Source of the DNA: Henriciella pelagia
GTDB taxonomy: Bacteria; Bacteroidota; Bacteroidia; Flavobacteriales_D; Crocinitomicaceae
Direction of reading: 5' to 3'
NCBI GenBank assembly: GCA_964219255.1
Contig: CAXPPC010000001.1
Span: 154,539-218,538 of the forward strand
DNA length: 64,000 bases
Below the pieces are notes generated by a model, which saw only the letters and a program-made list of their open reading frames with translations, searched no databases and was not told where the DNA came from. Position 1 is the stretch's first letter. Each line of letters begins with the position of its first letter. The position numbers and the translations under genes were made by a program. Below, piece by piece: positions 38,779 through 48,062 of the stretch.

Positions 38779-39317
38779 ATTTCTATCCATTTAGGCGATT
38801 CATCAAGTATCTTATCAAAAACCGGGCAATTTTTATCATGTGCGCCAGGTAAGATTCCTATACTCATTAAAAATTCGTTAACGATCTCTCCTCCAACGAA
38901 TTTAAATCTTGATTTGAACAATTTCACCCATTGTTTTATTTCCATGGGATGATTATTTAAAATCCATTGATTAAAACTACCAATTTCATCCTGAATACGC
39001 AATATTTCATTTGCATTGTGAATTGCCGCGTTGACTTTCAATTTATTTCGGATGATCCCCGCATCATTCAACAACCTCTCAATTTCTTGTTCTCCATAAT
39101 TTGCGACTTTCTGAATATCGAATTGGTCAAATGCATTTCTGAAGTTTTCCTGTTTATTGAGAATCGTTTCCCATGAAAGTCCTGCTTGATTGATTTCTAA
39201 AACCAGTCTTTCAAACAGTAAATTATCATCCTCTACTCGAAAGCCGTAGTGATTATCATGATATTCCTTGTGTACAAGTTTAGCATCTGGTGAATTACAA
39301 TAATCGCAATAACTCAT
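38775..39317 (-). CDS. tag: DNA-3-methyladenine glycosylase I.
   Basis: YHDNHYGF, LFERLVLEINQAGLSWETILNK, IIRNKLKVNA, and Cys/His zinc ligands at both ends. Confidence 0.92.
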   Translation of the reverse strand: MSYCDYCNSPDAKLVHKEYHDNHYGFRVEDDNLLFERLVLEINQAGLSWETILNKQENFRNAFDQFDIQKVANYGEQEIERLLNDAGIIRNKLKVNAAIHNANEILRIQDEIGSFNQWILNNHPMEIKQWVKLFKSRFKFVGGEIVNEFLMSIGILPGAHDKNCPVFDKILDESPKWIEI

Positions 39318-39470
39318 GTAGGACTGAATAATTGGTTTCTAACAAATAAACGAAATAAAATTGCTGATCGTTGAATTGTAAGCAAATTTAGCAAGACACT
39401 TTTCATTTACCACGCTTTAACAAAGCAATTAATAGTCGTTTTAGTACTTTTATATTTCCAAAATTGATAT

Positions 39471-40073
39471 ATGTCTGTATACGCGTTTAATGGATTCATT
39501 CCTGTTGTTCACGAGTCAAGTTTTATTCACCCAAAAGCCAGTGTTACGGGAAATGTAATAATTGGTGAAAATGTTTATGTCGGTCCCGGAGCTGCAATTC
39601 GAGGAGATTGGGGACAGATCATTATTGAAAACGGATGTAACGTTCAAGAAAACTGCACAATTCATATGTTTCCAGGGACGACTGTAACGTTAAAAGAAGG
39701 AGCACATATTGGACATGGTGCGATAGTTCACGGCGGTACGATCGGTAAGAACTGTTTGATTGGAATGAATTCTGTGATTATGGACGATGTTGTTATCGAA
39801 GACGAATGTATCATTGGAGCGCTTTGCTTCGTTCCAGCAAAAATGCATATTGAAAAACGAAGTCTCGTCGTTGGAAATCCGGCAAAAATCATCAAGAAAG
39901 TATCCGATGAAATGATCGATTGGAAGACGAAAGGAACTGCACTTTATCAAGCTTTACCTGGAGAATGCTACGCATCACTCACAGAATGTGAACCTCTTAG
40001 AGAAATTGAACCAAATCGTCCGAAACAAGAAGCAATGTACAGCACTTGGAATAAAATCAAAGAAGGTGAATAA
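39471..40073 (+). CDS. Gamma-carbonic-anhydrase-fold hexapeptide-repeat protein (PaaY/CaiE-like).
   Basis: Left-handed beta-helix repeats (VTGNVIIGENVYVGPGAAIRGD, IGHGAIVHGGTIGKNCLIGMNSVI) and a conserved His pattern. Confidence 0.85.
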   Translation: MSVYAFNGFIPVVHESSFIHPKASVTGNVIIGENVYVGPGAAIRGDWGQIIIENGCNVQENCTIHMFPGTTVTLKEGAHIGHGAIVHGGTIGKNCLIGMNSVIMDDVVIEDECIIGALCFVPAKMHIEKRSLVVGNPAKIIKKVSDEMIDWKTKGTALYQALPGECYASLTECEPLREIEPNRPKQEAMYSTWNKIKEGE

Positions 40074-40983
40074 GGATTGGGATGTAGTAGTTCTTACTGA
40101 TGCAAGATACATTGAGAAAAACTATGATGATGAGTACTCTCAAAATGTTATCCTTGAAGATCAGCTTGTAGTTGATGCACTGAAACGAAAAGGGCTGCGT
40201 GTATTTCGAACAAATTGGGACAACTCAAAATTTGATTGGTCAACAACGAACTATATTCTTTTCAGGACTACATGGGATTATTTCGATCGATACGATGAAT
40301 TCAAACCATGGCTTGAAAAAGTGAGTCAGCTTACTAATTTGATTAATCCAGCCGACCTCATCAAATGGAATATCGATAAATTTTACTTGCGCGATTTAGA
40401 ACAAAAAGGAATCGCAATTCCACCAACCATTTTTATCGAAAAAGAAACTCCAAAATCTCTTTCGGAAATTGTAGGAGAGTCTGATTGGGATGAATTTATT
40501 TTAAAGCCCGCAATTTCGGGTGCCGCACGACACACCTATCGATTTTTGAAAGACAAGATTTCTCCAGAAGCTATTGAAGCGTTCAATTATCTCAATCCCA
40601 ACGAACGATTTCTATTACAAGAATATCAATCCAAGATTACTTCCAAAGGCGAAGTAGCATTTATGGTTTTCGGTGGAGAGTTCAGTCACGCCATTCTCAA
40701 GAAATCCAAATCTGGTGACTTCAGGGTACAAGATGATTTTGGAGGTACGGTCCACCATTATCAAGCGTCTGCTAAAGAAATTGATTTTGTAGAAAAAACA
40801 ATCGCAACAATTGAACCAACACCAATCTACGCTCGCGTCGATGTCATGTGGGACAATAACAATAATCTTTGCCTTGGAGAATTAGAAATGATTGAGCCTG
40901 AACTCTGGTTCAGATATCAGCCATTCTCAGCAGATCGACTTGCAGAAACTATTTCTTTTCTTTTTGATCAGCAACAATCTTAA
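40066..40983 (+). CDS. ATP-grasp domain protein.
   Basis: Motifs KPAISGAARHTY, LLQEY and LGELEMIEPEL are typical of RimK/glutathione-synthetase-like ATP-grasp folds. I chose the GTG at 40066 (8-nt overlap with the upstream stop). The track ATG at 39988 would overlap the upstream gene by 86 nt. The start is uncertain. Confidence 0.7.
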   Translation: MNKDWDVVVLTDARYIEKNYDDEYSQNVILEDQLVVDALKRKGLRVFRTNWDNSKFDWSTTNYILFRTTWDYFDRYDEFKPWLEKVSQLTNLINPADLIKWNIDKFYLRDLEQKGIAIPPTIFIEKETPKSLSEIVGESDWDEFILKPAISGAARHTYRFLKDKISPEAIEAFNYLNPNERFLLQEYQSKITSKGEVAFMVFGGEFSHAILKKSKSGDFRVQDDFGGTVHHYQASAKEIDFVEKTIATIEPTPIYARVDVMWDNNNNLCLGELEMIEPELWFRYQPFSADRLAETISFLFDQQQS

Positions 40984-41824
40984 GGTGACTTACATCTGCA
41001 TCTTTCGGTTCTGATTTCAGTCCTCTGTACAGAATGTAAACTCCTGCAATAAAAAACGGTATGCTCAACATCTGACCTGTATTTATCGCATACACATCAT
41101 CGCGCTCTGTTTGCCCGAGCTTCACAAATTCGATTAAGAAACGAGCTCCCCAAATTAGGATTAGAAATGCGCCGAACATCACTCCACTTTTTCTATATGT
41201 TTTTTTCTTCCAGTACATATAGATGAGGATTAAAAAGCTGATCACATAAGAAATTGCTTCATACAATTGTGCTGGGTGGCGTGGAGTTGGATCATAAAAT
41301 CCTTCATCGTTTACATAATGAGGAAAAGAAAACGCCCAAGGAACATCGGTTGGAGCACCTACAATTTCACTATTCATTAAATTTCCTAGTCGGATAAAAC
41401 AACCTGCGATTGCAATTGGTGCAACAATTCGATCTAAGATCCACATCATTGGGAGTTTGACCACCTTTCGCGAATAAATGTAAAGCGCAATTAAAATAGC
41501 AATCGCTCCACCGTGACTTGCTAAACCACCTTCCCAAACTTTCAATATGCTCAGCGGATTCGAGAAATAACCTCCAGGTCCCCAGTAAGGCCCGTAAAAC
41601 AACACATGTCCTAATCGAGCACCGACAATTGTTGCTATCACCATGTACAACACCAATTTATCAAGATAAGCATCGTTCACTCCTTCTTTTCGGAACATTT
41701 TTCGGACAACAAAGTATCCAATCATCAATCCGGTTACAAAAAGGAGTCCGTAATAATTTGGGGTTTTATATCCTTCAAAAATTTCGGGAGTTACATCCCA
41801 AGTGATAGCTAAGTTCACAATCAA
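40949..41824 (-). CDS. lgt: Prolipoprotein diacylglyceryl transferase.
   Basis: YGLLFVTGLMIGY, GARLGHVLFY, GGLASHGGAIA, and HPAQLYEA. TTG start immediately after the trhO stop. Confidence 0.9.
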   Translation of the reverse strand: MIVNLAITWDVTPEIFEGYKTPNYYGLLFVTGLMIGYFVVRKMFRKEGVNDAYLDKLVLYMVIATIVGARLGHVLFYGPYWGPGGYFSNPLSILKVWEGGLASHGGAIAILIALYIYSRKVVKLPMMWILDRIVAPIAIAGCFIRLGNLMNSEIVGAPTDVPWAFSFPHYVNDEGFYDPTPRHPAQLYEAISYVISFLILIYMYWKKKTYRKSGVMFGAFLILIWGARFLIEFVKLGQTERDDVYAINTGQMLSIPFFIAGVYILYRGLKSEPKDADVSHLKIVADQKEKK

Positions 41825-42901
41825 TTATTTAGTGATTTCCACCAAAGATACTGGTTTTTCTTTGTTTTGCTGGAACGGCAATTTCTCCGATCTTCCCTTC
41901 TTGAAAATCTTATTACTGATGTCTTTTCCTTTTCGAAGCGCTTTCTGCTCATCCTCAGGCAAATGGATAATTTCTTGACATTCCGCAGAACAACAATTTT
42001 CCATTTTTTCCTTACACGAATCACACTGAATGAACAACAAATGACAACCATCATTCACACAATTAGTGTGCGTATCTGCAGGCTCACCACATTGGTGACA
42101 AACAGCGATTATGTCTTCAGTAATACGCTCAGCTCTTCTCTCATCAAATACAAAGTTTTTACCAATGTATTTATTTGGAATTCCTTTTTCGCGGCATTGG
42201 TTTGCGTAGTTAATAATTCCACCTTCCAATTGATGTACGTTTTTGAAACCTCTATGCTTGAACCAAGCCGAAGCTTTTTCACATCGAATTCCACCAGTAC
42301 AGTACATCACGATATTCTTGTCCTCATTCCCTTTCAAATACGTTTCTTCGATAAAAGGCAGAGATTCACGGAATGTATCAACATCAGGAGTAATTGCACC
42401 ATCAAAGTGACCAACTTCCGATTCGTAATGATTTCTAAAGTCGATTAAGATTGTATCCTCTTGATCTGTCAGCTCATTAAATTCTTCAGCGGACAAGTGT
42501 TTTCCCTTATTTCGAACATCAAATGTTTCATCAGAAAGTCCATCTGCTAGAATCTTGTGACGAACCTTTATCTTCAATTTAAGGAAAGGGAATTCAGCTT
42601 CCGATTCATCAACAGCGATATTCAATCGAATACCATCAAGAAAGTCGATTTCGTATAATTCCGTTCTAAACTGATTTAAGTTTTTCGTTGGGACAGCGAT
42701 CTGGGCATTAATTCCCTCCGATGCTACGTATGTTCTTCCAACTACGTCTAGTTTCGACCACATTTGAAAAAGGTGATCTCTGAATAATTGAGGGTTTTCG
42801 ATCTTTGCATATTGATAAAAGGAAATCGTTACAAACTGATAACCAGATTCGCGCAATTTGATCTCTAACTCCTCCTTACTTAATGTATTCCACAGTTGCA
42901 T
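41825..42901 (-). CDS. trhO: Rhodanese-domain tRNA uridine(34) hydroxylase (UPF0176/YceA family).
   Basis: ISFYQYAKI, MYCTGGIRCEKASAWFKHRGFKNVHQLEGGIINY, and a Cys-rich C-terminal domain. Confidence 0.88.
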   Translation of the reverse strand: MQLWNTLSKEELEIKLRESGYQFVTISFYQYAKIENPQLFRDHLFQMWSKLDVVGRTYVASEGINAQIAVPTKNLNQFRTELYEIDFLDGIRLNIAVDESEAEFPFLKLKIKVRHKILADGLSDETFDVRNKGKHLSAEEFNELTDQEDTILIDFRNHYESEVGHFDGAITPDVDTFRESLPFIEETYLKGNEDKNIVMYCTGGIRCEKASAWFKHRGFKNVHQLEGGIINYANQCREKGIPNKYIGKNFVFDERRAERITEDIIAVCHQCGEPADTHTNCVNDGCHLLFIQCDSCKEKMENCCSAECQEIIHLPEDEQKALRKGKDISNKIFKKGRSEKLPFQQNKEKPVSLVEITK

Positions 42902-42962
42902 GCTATGTTGTTTTTAAATAAAAAGTGCTGCAAAGATAGTGGAAATTCAGAAAATGATGTTT

Positions 42963-43502
42963 CTATTCAAAAGGAGACTTGTAAGTACTCAAGAAATCTT
43001 CGTAAGTAATTGGGTTTTCGGGATCATAAACTCTGAAAAACATTACAATAGGGTGAAAGTCTTTTGCCGATTTATATCCAGGAAGTGGACCTAAATTCTG
43101 GAGGTTATCACTTAAAAATACGATAGTAGGATAACTCATTTTTCCATTCATGAGAGTTGCAGGTAATTCATTGTAGCCTCTTCTTCCACTTGCAACAAAA
43201 CTAAAAGTAGTTGAGTCTATCACAATATCATTCTTCTCTTCTCCATCTAATCGAACTGCGTAAAAATTACCTTGAACAGCATCAACAATTGTGTCGTTCG
43301 AAAATGTAGTTTGATCCATTCGTTTGCACCACCCACACCATTCAGTTGAAATATCAATCAACCAAGGTTTCGGGTTTAGTTTGTGAGCTTCATAAGCTTC
43401 TTCAAAAGTCAACCAATTAATTTCATCACTTCCATCTTGAGCGAAAGAAGTAGCAGTAAAAACCAAGTATACTAAAAGTCCGATTATATATTTCATACGC
43501 AT
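42963..43502 (-). CDS. Thioredoxin-fold protein, secreted (DUF255-like).
   Basis: Signal peptide and the WCGWCKRMD redox motif. Confidence 0.8.
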   Translation of the reverse strand: MRMKYIIGLLVYLVFTATSFAQDGSDEINWLTFEEAYEAHKLNPKPWLIDISTEWCGWCKRMDQTTFSNDTIVDAVQGNFYAVRLDGEEKNDIVIDSTTFSFVASGRRGYNELPATLMNGKMSYPTIVFLSDNLQNLGPLPGYKSAKDFHPIVMFFRVYDPENPITYEDFLSTYKSPFE

Positions 43503-43618
43503 TTTATAAAACTAAGAAACAAATATCGTGCTAACAAACTACAGATTTAGATTTATTGTAAAGCTACAGCTTCAATTTCGCTCCAATTATTCTATATTTA
43601 ACCTAAAGAACAAAATTG

Positions 43619-44227
43619 ATGAGAAGAAACCGTCACTATTTAACATATTCTATTCTACTCAGTTCGGTATTTCTTCTTACCGCATGTCCAGCTCCACGAA
43701 CTAAATCAAAGTTGAAAGCTATTCAAGAAAACAATATGGACTTCCCTGATTTGGAAAAGCGCTACTATGAGGGAATTGAATTTTGGCTTTCAGATTTATT
43801 CGAAACAGATTATGATGATAGCTATGCACTCACGGATGATGCTTCCACTAGAATCATTTATGAAATGGATCTTAATTTTAGTGTTGAGCTTTTCGATCAA
43901 GATGATGCAGAAACGATCAAATATGGATTTGACCAAGAGATTGAATTAATCGATGCAGTTCACGATCATTATATCTTAAAACGAGAAGAATCCCTTTTCG
44001 AACCTTCAACTTCAATCAAAAAAGAACTACCTGCTAATGTTGGTTTTCCGGGATATATTCAAGTCGTTCATGGAGCCAATTCATCTTACGATGATTTATC
44101 AACTTATTACACGGCTACAATTCAAGTTGGTACCGACTATTATGTTTTTCAATTGATAGGAAAAAAAGAAAGCATGGGTTATTTATATGATGACTTTATT
44201 GACATTTTAAAATCGGTTCAAAAGTAA
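43619..44227 (+). CDS. Hypothetical lipoprotein (202 aa).
   Basis: MRRNRHYLTYSILLSSVFLLTACPAP (lipobox). The stop overlaps the ATG of the Nudix gene (TAATG). Confidence 0.6.
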   Translation: MRRNRHYLTYSILLSSVFLLTACPAPRTKSKLKAIQENNMDFPDLEKRYYEGIEFWLSDLFETDYDDSYALTDDASTRIIYEMDLNFSVELFDQDDAETIKYGFDQEIELIDAVHDHYILKREESLFEPSTSIKKELPANVGFPGYIQVVHGANSSYDDLSTYYTATIQVGTDYYVFQLIGKKESMGYLYDDFIDILKSVQK

Positions 44228-44865
44228 TGGAGAGCGATGTTTTCTTATCGCAATTAAGGGCAAGTTATTCAGAAGGGCTTCCAGGAGAAAAAGCTCATTT
44301 AAAAGCACTCCCAGTAAATCGACCATTATCGAGTGAAGCTAAAATTCAGGCAAAAAATGAATATCGTACTTCAGCTGTATCCATATTGCTACATCCTTCT
44401 CAGAATTCAATTGAATGTGTTCTCATCCAACGTCCAGACTACCAAGGCACTCATGGAGGGCAGGTCAGCTTTCCAGGCGGTAAAATGGAGGAGTTTGATA
44501 AAGATTTAATTGATACAGCACGCCGAGAATGTCATGAAGAGATCGGTTTCCCAGCACAGAAAGGCGAGCTAATTGGAGCAATGACTGAAGTCTACATTCC
44601 CGTGTCAAAATTTGTAGTTCAACCGTATTTATTCTTCGAAAACTCAACACCTCAATTCACCCCAGATGCACGAGAAGTAAAAGAAATACTTCCATTTGAT
44701 GTTATTCAGTTCGCCAATCAAGAAATCGAATACACATCCATAACTGCGAAAAGCGGTATTCGCTTAAAGGACGTACCATTTTACAACATCAACGATCGTA
44801 TTGTTTGGGGAGCAACAGCAATTATGCTCGCCGAATTTCAAGAAATTTTAAGACGATTTTGCTAG
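44227..44865 (+). CDS. Nudix hydrolase, CoA pyrophosphatase-like.
   Basis: Nudix box GGKMEEFDKDLIDTARRECHEEIGF, preceded by SAVSILL...LIQR, which is typical of the NudL/CoA-pyrophosphatase subgroup. Confidence 0.85.
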   Translation: MESDVFLSQLRASYSEGLPGEKAHLKALPVNRPLSSEAKIQAKNEYRTSAVSILLHPSQNSIECVLIQRPDYQGTHGGQVSFPGGKMEEFDKDLIDTARRECHEEIGFPAQKGELIGAMTEVYIPVSKFVVQPYLFFENSTPQFTPDAREVKEILPFDVIQFANQEIEYTSITAKSGIRLKDVPFYNINDRIVWGATAIMLAEFQEILRRFC

Positions 44866-46346
44866 AATCTAACTCTTGCAAATCCAAATGCTGAAGAAAT
44901 ACTGTTAGATCCATCCAGGAAGAAGCTTAAAGCATCTCTTGATGAAATACCGAATTCGTATGTTCCTCCACCAAGAATGAAGTTAACCCCAACTGGAATA
45001 TTGTGTTTATAAATCCCACCTCCAAGGTAACCTGCACTCAATCGAATCCATCTTGCTGGACGAATATCACCACCAAATGAAATAATTGGGTTTTGCAATG
45101 ACCCGGGGTTATCCGCATTGAATGGTCCTACGACATCCATACCAATTCGAGCAAATTTTCCAAGCTCAATACTTGCTCCTAGTCGATACGTTGCTGCATT
45201 TTTGATGGTATATTTTTCTTCTCCAACCAATGTCAAAACTCCACCGTCTTCTAAGAAATTGTAGATTGAGTTAGTTACATTGTAATTGGCTAAACCATCA
45301 ACGGACATACTTCCTACAATGGAATCTGCCACTCGATAAACATTTCTTGTATAGGTTACGGAACCAATATTATTTACTGCTGCGGCAACTTTAATTTTAT
45401 TCATCAACACAGCACTTGCCGATAAATCAAACCCGTATCCAGAACCAACAGGCCTTGGAATTGAACCTGTTTTGGTGAAATTCTCGACAACTTGACCGTA
45501 GTCTATTTTATAATTTGGATTAAAAGATGAGTAGATATAAAATTCATTTCCATTCGACTCCATATTAAACATTGCCATCGACTGAATGTATCTAGCTCCA
45601 ACTCCTGCGTATAAAGCAAATGTAGAGTCATTTCCTATTATCTTCCTTCCATAACCAACATTGTAGTTTCTATTCCATGCAAACCGAACTTCAGATCCTT
45701 GAGTAAGTTGACTTATAGAAAGTGGTGTTGAGATCGTTCCCATGATTACAGCGCTCAATGTATCATCTGACAAGTTGGGATCGTTTGCAATAGTTGAAGT
45801 ATCACCGCTAATAACAATTGTCAATGAGTCGAAATAATCCGCCAATTTACCGTTAAAAATTACATCTGTGGTTTGCTCACTCAATCTAGAATACCAATTA
45901 TAGTTTTCATTAATACTTACAGCAATACCTCCAAATTTCTTCCCTTGATATGAAAAACCAAGCCAGTTGTAGCTGAAATCAACCTGCATTCCTGCATTCG
46001 CATATTCTTTAGCAAATTGCTTTTGTTCATCCCATCTGGCACTATCCTTTATATTCCCTGAAATATCTTGTCGAATGGCACTGTACAGCTTTTTTAGTTT
46101 ATCTGCGTTCAACGAATCAGAATAAAACCCAAGATTAAACTCCGACATTCCCATTGTAAACTTTTTCTTTTCATAACCAGTCCCCCAACCTAAAGAAGAA
46201 GAATTGATTCCCAAACTATGGTAATCAGTAACGAATGTTGTTGCAACACCTTTACCGACAGCAGGATAAGCAATACCTTGAGTCTGTGCCTGTAAGTTTA
46301 ATGCAAGAAAAAATGAAATGATTGTAGCTAAAAAAAGAGATTTCAT
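44862..46346 (-). CDS. Putative outer-membrane beta-barrel protein (494 aa); family not recognised.
   Basis: Signal MKSLFLATIISFFLALNLQAQ, an amphipathic beta-strand pattern, and a C-terminal AFGFARVRF beta-signal-like end. Confidence 0.65.
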   Translation of the reverse strand: MKSLFLATIISFFLALNLQAQTQGIAYPAVGKGVATTFVTDYHSLGINSSSLGWGTGYEKKKFTMGMSEFNLGFYSDSLNADKLKKLYSAIRQDISGNIKDSARWDEQKQFAKEYANAGMQVDFSYNWLGFSYQGKKFGGIAVSINENYNWYSRLSEQTTDVIFNGKLADYFDSLTIVISGDTSTIANDPNLSDDTLSAVIMGTISTPLSISQLTQGSEVRFAWNRNYNVGYGRKIIGNDSTFALYAGVGARYIQSMAMFNMESNGNEFYIYSSFNPNYKIDYGQVVENFTKTGSIPRPVGSGYGFDLSASAVLMNKIKVAAAVNNIGSVTYTRNVYRVADSIVGSMSVDGLANYNVTNSIYNFLEDGGVLTLVGEEKYTIKNAATYRLGASIELGKFARIGMDVVGPFNADNPGSLQNPIISFGGDIRPARWIRLSAGYLGGGIYKHNIPVGVNFILGGGTYEFGISSRDALSFFLDGSNSISSAFGFARVRF

Positions 46347-46396
46347 CGTATTGTTTTAGGTTTTAATTGTGAGACTAAAATAGCGATCAAATCGTT

Positions 46397-46441
46397 GTAA
46401 AACAAAAAGAGGAACAAGATTAATTGAATCTTCTTCCTCTT
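46397..46441 (-). terminator. Rho-independent terminator downstream of the ZIP transporter gene.
   Basis: AAGAGGAACAAGAT-TAATTGA-ATCTTCTTCCTCTT gives 13 bp with one mismatch. On the minus strand it is followed by TTTTGTTTT. Confidence 0.65.
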
Positions 46442-46582
46442 TTCGCTAAACCATGCTAAAACTATAAAACCCAAAAACAAAAAAACTACTTATTTGTCTC
46501 TGATTGATACAAAGGTATCATGAAATCATCTACCTGCAAATTTTTAACTCAAAATATTTGAAAAAAAGTGTTAAAAAAATAA

Positions 46583-47407
46583 CTAGCCTAGTGAAACATC
46601 TAAGATCATCATCACGAGAAACCCTCCGATAAAGCCTAGTACAGCTACATCGGTAAATTTATCTCGTTGCGTTTCTGGAATCACCTCTTCTACTACAACG
46701 TATATCATTGCCCCAGCCGCAAATGCTAATGCAAATGGTAATATTGGTTGCATGTAAATTACAGCAAGCGCTCCGATAACACCAAAAATTGGTTCGACAA
46801 TAGCAGACATTTGTCCGTACCAGAAGCTTTTCCATCTACTCACTCCCTGTCTACGCAATGGCATTGCAACTGCGAATCCTTCAGGAAAATTCTGAATCCC
46901 AATACCAATCGCCAAAGCAATCGCTCCAGCAATCGTCGCTCCATCAATTCCCAATCCAGCTGCTCCAAATAAAACACCAACTGCTAATCCTTCTGGAATG
47001 TTATGAAGTGTAATTGCTAATACTAATAAGGTCGTTTTATGCCACTGTGTTTTCACTCCTTCTTTTTCATGCTCTTTGAAATTAATGTGTAAGTGTGGCA
47101 TTATTTTATCTAGTCCGAACAAGAACAATGCACCGATTAAAAAACCGACTGCAGCAGGCATCCATGACATAGAAGGATATTGCTTCTCAGACAATTCAAT
47201 TGCGGGATTCAACAACGACCAAAAACTTGCAGCTACCATTACTCCACCTGTAAAACCTAACATGGCATCCAAAACTCCTCGATGAAGCGTCTTAAAAAAG
47301 AATACCAGGCCTGCACCAGCTGCTGTTAACAACCAAGTGAAAGTAGTTGCATAAAACGCAGCTAAAACTGGATCAATCTCAGTAAAATATTCAATTATAC
47401 TTTCCAT
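46583..47407 (-). CDS. ZIP-family divalent metal transporter (ZupT-like).
   Basis: Eight TM-like segments plus HNIPEGLAVG and GIQNFPEGFAVAMPL, which are ZIP signature helices. Confidence 0.9.
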   Translation of the reverse strand: MESIIEYFTEIDPVLAAFYATTFTWLLTAAGAGLVFFFKTLHRGVLDAMLGFTGGVMVAASFWSLLNPAIELSEKQYPSMSWMPAAVGFLIGALFLFGLDKIMPHLHINFKEHEKEGVKTQWHKTTLLVLAITLHNIPEGLAVGVLFGAAGLGIDGATIAGAIALAIGIGIQNFPEGFAVAMPLRRQGVSRWKSFWYGQMSAIVEPIFGVIGALAVIYMQPILPFALAFAAGAMIYVVVEEVIPETQRDKFTDVAVLGFIGGFLVMMILDVSLG

Positions 47408-47429
47408 TTTTACTCTCTAAACAAAATAA

Positions 47430-47445
47430 GTTAGACAAATCTAAC
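47430..47445. promoter_or_regulatory. Candidate operator palindrome GTTAGA-N4-TCTAAC in the ZIP/ndk divergent intergenic region.
   Basis: Perfect 6-bp inverted arms, 23-38 nt upstream of the ZIP transporter ATG (47407). The metalloregulator assignment is inference only. Confidence 0.3.
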
Positions 47446-47552
47446 AATTATTTTCTTTCGATTAACTGTTTTGGTAACATGAACTTAACAAACGAATATT
47501 TCCGATCAATAAAAAATGATTAACTTCGCGCCGAATTTTAAGAACAGTTACA

Positions 47553-47972
47553 ATGGCAACGAACAGAACATTTACAATGTTAAAGCCTGATGCGATCGAG
47601 AATGGTCACATGGGGAAAATTATTGATATGATTATCGAAGCTGGATTCGAGATCAAAGCGATGAAATACACACGTCTTTCTGAAGAACAAGCAAAAAAAT
47701 TCTACGAAGTACACGCGGAGCGTCCTTTCTACGGAGAATTAGTTGAGTACATGACTTCTGGACCAATCGTTGCTGCTATTCTTGAAAAGGATAATGCAGT
47801 TGCTGACTTCAGAGCGTTGATCGGTGCTACTGATCCTGCTGAAGCTGCAGAAGGAACTATCCGTAAAAAATATGCTGAGTCTAAAGGACGTAATGCTGTT
47901 CACGGATCTGATTCTGACGAAAACGCTGAAATCGAATGTAAATTCCATTTTTCGGCTGCTGAGATTTTCTAA
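47553..47972 (+). CDS. ndk: Nucleoside diphosphate kinase.
   Basis: [19 protein letters not shown], and NAVHGSDS (active-site His). Confidence 0.95.
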   Translation: MATNRTFTMLKPDAIENGHMGKIIDMIIEAGFEIKAMKYTRLSEEQAKKFYEVHAERPFYGELVEYMTSGPIVAAILEKDNAVADFRALIGATDPAEAAEGTIRKKYAESKGRNAVHGSDSDENAEIECKFHFSAAEIF

Positions 47973-47998
47973 TCGAAGAGATCACAATATTTACAAAA

Positions 47999-48027
47999 GG
48001 TAGGCTAGTTAGTCTACCTTTTTTTTT
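47999..48027 (+). terminator. Rho-independent terminator after ndk.
   Basis: GGTAGGCT-AGTT-AGTCTACC (8 bp with one G-U pair) followed by T9. Confidence 0.7.
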
Positions 48028-48035
48028 GAAATGAT

Positions 48036-48043
48036 TAAATTTG
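48036..48043 (+). promoter_or_regulatory. Candidate -7 promoter box (TAAATTTG) for the pepT operon.
   Basis: Exact TAnnTTTG match 20 nt upstream of the pepT ATG and directly after the ndk terminator. No well-spaced -33 TTTG was seen. Confidence 0.35.
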
Positions 48044-48062
48044 AACTAAACAATATTTATAT

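Noticed and set aside
39988-40065. The ATG at 39988 as the start of the ATP-grasp gene (track ORF).
   Set aside because: It would overlap the PaaY-like gene by 86 nt and add a Lys-rich extension with no similarity to ATP-grasp N-termini. The GTG at 40066 gives a conventional short overlap. This remains uncertain.
41825-42100. The Cys-rich C-terminal extension of TrhO (CHQCGEP...CVNDGCHLLFIQCDSCKEKMENCCSAEC) as a possible fused zinc-finger novelty.
   Set aside because: Members of the UPF0176/YceA family commonly carry a Cys-rich rhodanese C-terminal domain, so this is expected family architecture.
41867-42448. A 193-aa + strand ORF antisense to trhO.
   Set aside because: It occupies exactly the codon-complement frame of trhO, where stops require sense TTA, CTA or TCA codons. 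Its sequence is low-complexity and Leu/Ser/Phe-rich with no motifs. The trhO frame has strong family hallmarks.
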